This document shows, one piece after another, positions 57,044 to 64,000 of a stretch of DNA of 64,000 nt. The stretch covers positions 4,869 to 68,868 of the IMG/VR virus record IMGVR_UViG_3300045996_000876, one strand, 5' to 3'. The position numbers and the translations under genes are program-made. Origin of the DNA: a virus. Each line of letters begins with the position of its first letter. The stretch's first letter is position 1. The notes under the pieces are model-generated. The model worked only from the letters and a program-made list of their open reading frames with translations. It was not told the origin of the DNA and did not search any database.

Positions 57044-58074
57044 TCCCTGTCTTTGAATCGGTCGATGAGCTCTGGCTCCACGCCGCTAACACCGTCATCG
57101 CCTACGGAGAAAACACCGGCTCCCGCGATGGAGAAAGCCGTGAGGTGCTCGGCTACTGCGGACGGCTCCTTGACCCGCGTTGTAACTTCCTGTTCAACCC
57201 GGTCCGCAAGATGTCGCCCAGCTACGCAGCCGTTGAGACGATGTGGTATCTCTCCGGAACGGACGACACGACGTTACTCCAGCAATACGCTCCGCAGTAC
57301 AAGCGGTTCACGGAGGATGGTATCCACGCCTTTGGAGCGTACGGATACCGCTGGGCGGCTGACCTACCGTTCCGGGTTGCGTTCGCAATGGCCTTCGCTC
57401 CGGACTTAGTGAACCTGGACCGTCCATGGCCCAGCGGGAAGTCTATCGGACCGCGAAGCCAGCTGGAAGTCTTGATGCTCCTCCTAAAGGAGAAGCCTGA
57501 GACCCGCCAAGCGGTACTTGCTCAGTGGAACGGTGGAGACCTGGTTTGCGCCGTGGAAGGGAACAAGCGAGACCTGCCCTGTACGCTGAACCTGAGCTTC
57601 ATCGTTCGCGGCGGAAAGCTCAATATGATCGCGACGATGCGCAGTAACGATCTGTGGCTCGGAACGCCCAACGACGTTTTCTGCTTCACGATGATACAGC
57701 AGGTCGTGGCGAATAACCTTGGGCTGGAGCTAGGCTGGTACCAACACAACGTTACGTCGCTCCACTACTATCTCCGCAATGAGGAGAAGCTCAAGCAGGC
57801 GGCATCCGTCGGTGCGTTCGGTATCGAGCAGCTACTGACGACCTGTAACGGCTCGCGGCTGAACGACTTCCTGGAGGATATGCTCACCCAGGAGCGTCAC
57901 AACCGTAATCACGAGATTGCCGGACCAGAGTGCTTTGGTATCCAAGACAATACTCTTCCGGGCTTGCTGATTCTCATGGCCGCTACCCGGTGGGCAAAGA
58001 ATCGTGAAGACCTCCTGAAGCGTTTTGATTCGAAGGTTCTGCGGAAGTTCATTGAGGAGTTCCACCCGTGTTGA
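57040..58074 (+). CDS. thymidylate-synthase-family dNMP (hydroxy)methylase with the dCMP-type Asp
   Basis: GAYGYR, TRQAV, DLPCT catalytic Cys, MRSNDLWLGTPND, SLHYY. Confidence 0.88.
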   Translation: MIPVFESVDELWLHAANTVIAYGENTGSRDGESREVLGYCGRLLDPRCNFLFNPVRKMSPSYAAVETMWYLSGTDDTTLLQQYAPQYKRFTEDGIHAFGAYGYRWAADLPFRVAFAMAFAPDLVNLDRPWPSGKSIGPRSQLEVLMLLLKEKPETRQAVLAQWNGGDLVCAVEGNKRDLPCTLNLSFIVRGGKLNMIATMRSNDLWLGTPNDVFCFTMIQQVVANNLGLELGWYQHNVTSLHYYLRNEEKLKQAASVGAFGIEQLLTTCNGSRLNDFLEDMLTQERHNRNHEIAGPECFGIQDNTLPGLLILMAATRWAKNREDLLKRFDSKVLRKFIEEFHPC

Positions 58075-58646
58075 TCATCGAAGGTTCCGACAATCTTGGG
58101 AAGACAACGGCGTGTAAGCGGCTGGTTGAGATCGTAGCGCATGAGCGATGTTTCGCTCCCGCCCGCTATGTCCATATGTCCCGCCCAAACTCCTCCTTCA
58201 ACTTCTTCACGCACTACCGCGACATGATCAGCCGGTACGCGGTTCAGGACCGCTTCCACCTTGGCGCTCTCGTCTGGCACGATAACGTCATGTCTAAGAC
58301 GCGGCTCCGCCTGATCGAGTCCTGGTTGGCTGAGGTGGGCTCCGTCGTCATCGTATTGATTGCGAGCGATGAGAAGTGGTACGAAGATCACCTGGAGAAG
58401 CAGCCCAAGGAGGAGATGTTCAGCCGTGGGCGTATCCGGGCGGGCAACCGGGAGTTCGCTGAGCTAATCGCAACGGACTACGCGCGTGCGGACTTCGTTC
58501 ACGACGTATCCAAAGACGGATTCTTGACGGACCGCCATCTCAATACGTATTTGGATGAGTGGTACGGTCGTTTATTCCAAGTTGAAAGGGCGGAAAAGTA
58601 TGATCCACTTATTGGCGTGCCGAACACTCGCGGCGGCAATGGTTGA
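58068..58646 (+). CDS. deoxynucleoside monophosphate kinase
   Basis: IIEGSDNLGKTT; QDRFH. Confidence 0.82.
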   Translation: MLIIEGSDNLGKTTACKRLVEIVAHERCFAPARYVHMSRPNSSFNFFTHYRDMISRYAVQDRFHLGALVWHDNVMSKTRLRLIESWLAEVGSVVIVLIASDEKWYEDHLEKQPKEEMFSRGRIRAGNREFAELIATDYARADFVHDVSKDGFLTDRHLNTYLDEWYGRLFQVERAEKYDPLIGVPNTRGGNG

Positions 58647-59103
58647 TGAGATTGACCAGTGCGAGGTCTGGGCCAAGGAGCGACAGACGTGCCTGCGTAA
58701 GGCAGTTGGTGCCTCCATCGTCAGCCCGAACCTTGATGGCTCGTTTACGCGGATGATCCGGACCCACAACGGACCTTCCGCGAACGGACACCAATGCTCG
58801 AACATCGTAGGTGGGTGCGGCTGCTCCCACTCCGAACCGCGAGCGATCTTTGAGATGATGAGAGGCGGCTGGCTCGCTCGCGGCCACGTTCGGAAGCTGA
58901 TCCTGCTCTGTACCTACTCTCCCTGTACGAACTGCGCGAACATCATCAACGACTCCGCCATAATCAACGGAGTCGTCTACCGACACCTCACCCAGCACGA
59001 TACTCTCGGTGTAGACTTGCTGGTCAACAACGGGCTTGACGTCGTCACCACGGACGAGCTCATGAACGGAAGCAAAGATGATCTTATTGGACAATGGCGT
59101 TAG
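58600..59103 (+). CDS. dCMP deaminase-family protein
   Basis: TCLRKAVGA, HNGP, HSE, SPCTNC zinc motifs; start could alternatively be 58639. Confidence 0.85.
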   Translation: MIHLLACRTLAAAMVDEIDQCEVWAKERQTCLRKAVGASIVSPNLDGSFTRMIRTHNGPSANGHQCSNIVGGCGCSHSEPRAIFEMMRGGWLARGHVRKLILLCTYSPCTNCANIINDSAIINGVVYRHLTQHDTLGVDLLVNNGLDVVTTDELMNGSKDDLIGQWR

Positions 59104-61117
59104 GATGGTTGAGACGGTCGAGGAGCTTCCGCAGCTTCTGTTCGCTGCGGAACTTTTCCTTGACGTCGAAACGCAACGCGTATACGACGGGTTGTACCCG
59201 TGGAAGGGAGACCGCATCTGCGGCGTGGGCGTGACGATCAACGATGACCCGCAGACGTGGTACATCCCGGTACGCCATACCGTCGGGGAGCGGTATAACA
59301 TCCCCATCGAAGCTTTCCAGAAGTGGCTCAAGGATACGGTCTGGACCGCGCAGGCCTGGATCAACCATAACCTTCCGATTGACGCGGTATTCTGTCACTT
59401 TGACGGAGCGACCTGGGACAAGTTCACTGGCCGCGCGATAGACACGCTGACGCTCTCCAAGGTCCACGACTCCGACCGCTTCGGGCACGGCTTGAAACAG
59501 CTTTGCCGCGAGTGGCTTGGGATGGAGATGTCGGAGGAGCGGGAGATCAAAGCCTATCTGGACGGGATAAAGTCCAAGTCTTACGCGGACGTTCCACCCG
59601 ATAAGCTCGGTGCGTACGCGGGTATGGACGTCATCGCCAACCGGAAGCTGTACCGATTCCTCCAAGCGAACCGTCCACCGCGCGATCGGACCGACAAGCC
59701 GGGCATCCCCGATATCTGGGAGACGGAGATTGGGCTTCAAGCCGGTCTCATAGACATCGAGATACGCGGACTCCAGGCTAACCGCAATGAGCTTCGCTTA
59801 GAGCAGCGGACGAGTCTGTCCAAAACTATTCAGTGGTGCGATGACGTGGCCCGCGTCACTGGGCGGGAGTTCACGAACAGCAACCAGTGTAAGTACGATA
59901 TGCTCATCAACCGGCTCCAGCTACCGGTTCTCGCGACGAAGTGGGAGAAGGATGAGTACACCGGGAGGAGATACGATACTGGGCGGCCAACCTTCGATAA
60001 GAAGGCAATGGCGTTGTACGAAGTTCACCCACACGTTACGTCCAGCAAGAAAGCTACCTTCATCGTCAAGAACCTCCGCGCACTCGCTACGGAGGGTCAG
60101 TACCAAGGGCTGTTTCTCATCCCGTTCCAGGAGCTCATGGATGACGATCAGATCATCCACCCGACGTACAACCCGGTAGTCCGCACCGGGCGGATGTCCT
60201 GTAAGCGCCCGAACTCGCAGCAGCAGAATAAGCGATCCAAGAAGCTCATCCACCCGCGTAAAGGCTACGGGTTCATCTCGTGCGATTACAGCCAGATCGA
60301 ATATCGGCTCATTGCCCATTACACCAATGACCCGGATACAATCCGCGCGTACAACGAGAATCCGGATATTGATTACCACCAGTGGGTAGCGGACCTGATC
60401 GGCGTCACTCGCAAGGCGGGCAAGACACTCAACTTCGGTATGGCGTACGGAGCGGGCAAGAAGAAGGTCGAAAGCGAACTGGCCGCGAATCCCGACATCA
60501 TCGCTCACGTATCGGAGATGATCACCGACCAGGTCAAGGCGGGCGGAGTCTCCGAAGCGGACCGGGATGAGCTCTTCCACCAGATGTGTAAGGCGCACGC
60601 TGCGAAGGTCTATCAGGCGTACCACGAGAAAATGCCCGGCATCCGACGTACCGCGAAGGAGGCGGATATCATCTGCCGCCGTCGTGGATACATCTTCAAC
60701 GCGTACGGGCGGAGACGCCACTTGCCTCAGACCCATGCCCATAAGGCTTTCAACTCGCTCGTCCAGGGCTGTGCGATGGACTTGATCAAGGAGCGGATGC
60801 TCTACCTGATGCCCCGGTATAACGCGTGGATGCGGGAGCGGGACATCCATATCGTCGCGAATGTCCACGATGAGGTTCTGTTCGAGGTACCGGAAGCGCT
60901 CTTGCTGGACCGGACCGTTCACGACTACCTGATCCAAGCCTTGGAGACGCCCACCATCAAGTTCCGGGTACCAATCCGGGTAGGTCTGGGCGTGTCGAAG
61001 AAGCACTGGGCGGAAGCGGCGGGTGATGACGCGATTCTCTCGGATGGCCGAGTTATCGACCGTTCGAAGGCGGAATTGCCGGAAGGGGCAGAGGTCGTGG
61101 CGGGAAAGCTTCGCTAA
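59078..61117 (+). CDS. polA: family A DNA polymerase with 3'-5' exonuclease
   Basis: LDVET; TGRMS; CDYSQIEYR; RKAGKTLNFGMAYG; NVHDE. Confidence 0.95.
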   Translation: MILLDNGVRMVETVEELPQLLFAAELFLDVETQRVYDGLYPWKGDRICGVGVTINDDPQTWYIPVRHTVGERYNIPIEAFQKWLKDTVWTAQAWINHNLPIDAVFCHFDGATWDKFTGRAIDTLTLSKVHDSDRFGHGLKQLCREWLGMEMSEEREIKAYLDGIKSKSYADVPPDKLGAYAGMDVIANRKLYRFLQANRPPRDRTDKPGIPDIWETEIGLQAGLIDIEIRGLQANRNELRLEQRTSLSKTIQWCDDVARVTGREFTNSNQCKYDMLINRLQLPVLATKWEKDEYTGRRYDTGRPTFDKKAMALYEVHPHVTSSKKATFIVKNLRALATEGQYQGLFLIPFQELMDDDQIIHPTYNPVVRTGRMSCKRPNSQQQNKRSKKLIHPRKGYGFISCDYSQIEYRLIAHYTNDPDTIRAYNENPDIDYHQWVADLIGVTRKAGKTLNFGMAYGAGKKKVESELAANPDIIAHVSEMITDQVKAGGVSEADRDELFHQMCKAHAAKVYQAYHEKMPGIRRTAKEADIICRRRGYIFNAYGRRRHLPQTHAHKAFNSLVQGCAMDLIKERMLYLMPRYNAWMRERDIHIVANVHDEVLFEVPEALLLDRTVHDYLIQALETPTIKFRVPIRVGLGVSKKHWAEAAGDDAILSDGRVIDRSKAELPEGAEVVAGKLR

Positions 61118-61409
61118 CCTGGCCCGGATACCCCAGTTTGTCACGCCTGGTGGGGTAGGCGTGGCGTTTAGAAATTAAATGGCCCGCTAGCCAGCCGAAA
61201 CTGCGGCGGCACCGCGATTATTCGCGGAAACGGCTTTACTTTCCCGCCGCGAGCCGGTAGCCTACCCTCCCGCTTTCCCGCTCCGACACCTCAGGACAGT
61301 AAGACAGTAGAATTATCGCCACGTGACCCGCGAAGGTCACCACCACCAATCAGTAACCTACCCTCTGGCCCAGACTTACAAGTGGGTGGAAAATACTTCC
61401 ACCAACCAC

Positions 61410-61438
61410 TTGCCCAGAGGCCAATGTGGTGGTATACT
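61410..61438 (+). promoter_or_regulatory. sigma70-type promoter with GGCCAATGTGG in the spacer
   Basis: TTGCCC-17 nt-TATACT. Confidence 0.7.
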
Positions 61439-61482
61439 CCTCTCAGTGGTCGGGTGTCCGACCGGTAGTCAAGGAGATAGAA

Positions 61483-62790
61483 ATGGCGAAGATGATTGCT
61501 CACGAAAAAGGTCGCACCACCAAGCTTACCGTCAACCAGCTGCTGGAGAGCATCTTCAAGCTCAACGAGAATCCCAGCCGCTCCGATAAGTTCACCGACA
61601 CCAAGATCGTAGGCTACATTCAGAACGAGTTCGACAGCCCCACCGCTGTGGACGTAGCGGAGGTCAGCCACCGCCGTCGTCAGTACAACTACGGGATGGG
61701 CTTCTGGAAAAATCGCGGCGCAGCCTACCGGAACGAAGAAGACAGGCACCTCAGCGACCGTCCGTTCAGCTACGCGTACGACACCAACGGCTCGCGTCTC
61801 CCGGAGACGGCACCCCGCGCTCCCCGTTCCGCTCCCTCCGCCCAGAGCCAGATGGACTCCGATACCCTCCGCCAGCTGGTTCAGCAACAGGTGGCCGATG
61901 AGCTCGCGGAGCGGGAACTGGTCGAGCGCGACCAGGTGACCGCGCTCGTGGCCAAGGAGCTTGCGAAGGAGCGGCCATCTATCACGATCAATGTTCCCGA
62001 ACGGAAGCACGTGGTCAAGATCGCAGGGAACCGCTGCCATAAGGCTTTCCAGAAGGTTCTCACCAAGGTCCAAGCGGGCGTGCCCGTCTTGCTGGTCGGG
62101 CCAGCGGGTAGCGGCAAGACGTTTTTGGCCGCCCAGGTGGCGGAAGCACTTGGCCTTCCCTTCACCTTCAACTCGATGTCCGAAGGCACCAAAGAATCCG
62201 ACCTCCTTGGCCGTACGCTCCCCGACGAAAAAGGCAACTGGTCGTATCAGCCCGCTCCCTTCGTTTCGACCTACACCAAGGGTGGCGTCCACCTGCTCGA
62301 TGAGATTGACGCGGCTGACCCGAACTTGCTGGTCCAGATCAACGCCGCAATCGCCAACGGCAAGCTCTCTATTCCCTTCCGGAACGACCCCACCCCGCTC
62401 CCGCGTCACAAAGACTCGGTGATCCTCGCAGCCGCCAACACGTTCGGTACCGGAGCCAACCGCCAGTACGTCGGGCGGAATCAGCTGGACGCAGCAACCC
62501 TCAACCGGTTCACGATGGGCACCGTTGAGATCAACTACGACACCGACCTCGAATCCGAGATAGTCAAGGCAGTACTGGGCGGAGAGATCACCCCGGATGG
62601 TGAGTCGCTCCTCCGCTGGGCTTGGACCACTCGCGACCGTATCAATGCCGCTAGCCTGCGTCGTTTGATGTCCTCCCGTAACATCGAGGATGGGGCCAAG
62701 CTCCTCCGGGTAGGCGAATCCCTCGCTGAGATCAAGGCTACTTACTTCTCCGGCTGGACCCAGGACGAAAAAGCGAAGGTGGCCGCTTGA
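61483..62790 (+). CDS. MoxR/CbbQ-like AAA+ ATPase
   Basis: GPAGSGKT, LLDEIDAA, AAANTFGTGANRQYVGRNQLDAATLNRF. Confidence 0.9.
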   Translation: MAKMIAHEKGRTTKLTVNQLLESIFKLNENPSRSDKFTDTKIVGYIQNEFDSPTAVDVAEVSHRRRQYNYGMGFWKNRGAAYRNEEDRHLSDRPFSYAYDTNGSRLPETAPRAPRSAPSAQSQMDSDTLRQLVQQQVADELAERELVERDQVTALVAKELAKERPSITINVPERKHVVKIAGNRCHKAFQKVLTKVQAGVPVLLVGPAGSGKTFLAAQVAEALGLPFTFNSMSEGTKESDLLGRTLPDEKGNWSYQPAPFVSTYTKGGVHLLDEIDAADPNLLVQINAAIANGKLSIPFRNDPTPLPRHKDSVILAAANTFGTGANRQYVGRNQLDAATLNRFTMGTVEINYDTDLESEIVKAVLGGEITPDGESLLRWAWTTRDRINAASLRRLMSSRNIEDGAKLLRVGESLAEIKATYFSGWTQDEKAKVAA

Positions 62791-62815
62791 CTCGCGGCCA
62801 ATGTGGAGGTAGAGT
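62787..62815 (+). promoter_or_regulatory. sigma70-type promoter with GGCCAATGTGG in the spacer
   Basis: TTGACT-17 nt-TAGAGT; the -35 box overlaps the upstream stop codon. Confidence 0.7.
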
Positions 62816-62842
62816 ACGGGGTAGTTAGTCAAGGAGATAGAC

Positions 62843-63718
62843 GTGAAGAAGACACTGACCAAAGAAGCTGATGGGGTATCGCGGGTGGAGTTCTCTGGCG
62901 TGGCGGAGCTTATGGCCTACGCCAACGATGGGGAGCGGAACCTGAACGTGGCGGAGAACATCGAACCGCTCCGCCACTGGCGGGAGTACGAAGGAGACCG
63001 GTGGGTCAACTACGCCACCCGGAAGAAGCTCACGGAGTGGATGACCTCCGCTCCTTCCCACCTGTTGGAGCGGGTAGAACGGTTCAAGGAGCGCATCCAA
63101 GATAAGGTCGCTCTCCCGACGAAGCAACGGCGCAAGCGGATTCGCCGTCAGGAGACCGGAGACGAGCTTGACCCGGTAGCCTGGGTCCAGCGTGACCCGA
63201 ACGGCTGGGACGACACCAAGAAGATTAGCGTGCCCCGGAACAGCATCAAGATCGGATTCAACTACAGCACCCCAGGTTCGATGCCGGCAGAAGCCTTGCT
63301 GGTCCGTGGCGCCATCGTCGCGGCTCTGGCTGACCTCCTCTCCCAGCAAGGGAATAACGTGGAGGTGGTAGGATTCGACACCGGGTATGGACTGGGTGAC
63401 TGTGCCTCCTTCGTAATGACGACAGTAATCAAACCGATGGAAGCGCCGCTTGATCTCTCCTCCCTCTGCGTAGCGGCTGCTGAGATCGGATTCTACCGCG
63501 TGGTAGTGGTACCCGCCTCAATCGTTTTCGCTTCGGCCAAGTGCCACTCCGGTCCGTGCGCATGCGGTCCGCTCCCGTCAGCGGAGAAGAAGTCAATGGA
63601 TATCGTAGTCGAATGGAGACAGACCAGCGAGGATGCCGCTGTTGAGTACGTGCTCGAACAGCTGGCCCGCTTTGGAACCCACCATAACACGGAGGTAGAG
63701 TCGGATGAACTTTTCTGA
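62843..63718 (+). CDS. VWA-like partner of the MoxR ATPase
   Basis: GDELD; degenerate MIDAS-like NYSTPGS; RGA..AL.D.L; adjacent to the AAA+ gene. Confidence 0.6.
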   Translation: MKKTLTKEADGVSRVEFSGVAELMAYANDGERNLNVAENIEPLRHWREYEGDRWVNYATRKKLTEWMTSAPSHLLERVERFKERIQDKVALPTKQRRKRIRRQETGDELDPVAWVQRDPNGWDDTKKISVPRNSIKIGFNYSTPGSMPAEALLVRGAIVAALADLLSQQGNNVEVVGFDTGYGLGDCASFVMTTVIKPMEAPLDLSSLCVAAAEIGFYRVVVVPASIVFASAKCHSGPCACGPLPSAEKKSMDIVVEWRQTSEDAAVEYVLEQLARFGTHHNTEVESDELF

Positions 63719-64000
63719 GCAACCGTTTTGGAAGTGGCGGGAGGATAGGAGTCAGACGGCAACCACGGAGGAGCGAGACACCCAGAAGGTCAGAGCGTAC
63801 CGGGCGGAGGAGTTCCAGCGGGAAGTTCCCGCCGTTACCCAACTGGCCGACATCGCGGAGGTCCAGGCCTACATCAACCAGTTGATCGTCACCTCCTTCT
63901 TCCAGTTCCGCTTCCCGCACGTCAAGACTATCGCAGCCACCCGTACACCTGACACCGAGTCCGCCAAGGGAGGGTTTGTACCGGGCGGAGCTTGCTGGGT
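63705..64000 (+). CDS. hypothetical protein, 3'-truncated
   Basis: GGAGG upstream; frame open to the window end (MNFSEQPFW...RDTQKVRAYRAE). Confidence 0.55.
   Translation, partial: MNFSEQPFWKWREDRSQTATTEERDTQKVRAYRAEEFQREVPAVTQLADIAEVQAYINQLIVTSFFQFRFPHVKTIAATRTPDTESAKGGFVPGGACW

Larger units (their letters stand above)
151..63998 (+). repeat. dispersed octamer CTTGCTGG (at least 47 copies on +, at least 17 on -)
   Basis: Manual scan; coordinates are listed in the findings. Confidence 0.9.

Noticed and set aside
151-63998. CTTGCTGG as the E. coli Chi site
   Set aside because: It shares only GCTGG with GCTGGTGG and the following bases vary; a Chi-like role in another host is not excluded
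1-64000. Stop-codon reassignment, DGR or retron
   Set aside because: Genes read through intact in the standard code using all three stops; no reverse transcriptase motifs were seen

Overview
The window is most of a tailed dsDNA phage genome (siphovirus-like, GC-rich). Every credible gene is on the + strand, and no integrase or repressor is recognisable. Gene order: early/accessory genes (DNA methyltransferase, ATP-dependent ligase, ECF sigma factor, J-domain protein, sulfotransferase); an M6/YuA-type pyrimidine hypermodification cluster at 5.3-11.1 kb (kinase helical domain, P-loop kinase, amino-acid:DNA transferase, PLP enzyme, radical SAM); a head and GTA-like tail module at 17.6-48.4 kb; then a replication and nucleotide module (SNF2 helicase, primase fused to an MCM-like helicase, all-alpha NTP pyrophosphatase, thymidylate-synthase-family enzyme, dNMP kinase, dCMP deaminase, family A polymerase) and a MoxR AAA+/VWA pair. 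Strongest unexplained signals: (1) the thymidylate-synthase-family enzyme carries the dCMP-type Asp although the downstream enzymes are known from thymidine hypermodification, suggesting cytosine hypermodification or an unusual route to 5hmdU; (2) the octamer CTTGCTGG occurs at least 47 times on + and at least 17 times on -, roughly every 1-2 kb; (3) two equal-length 180-bp inverted-repeat elements with an identical (TAGA)5 core bracket the structural module and look like origins; (4) several structured ncRNA candidates, including a tRNA body whose anticodon loop is replaced by two hairpins. All calls come from reading motifs by eye. No database search or folding program was run, and counts are manual minimums.
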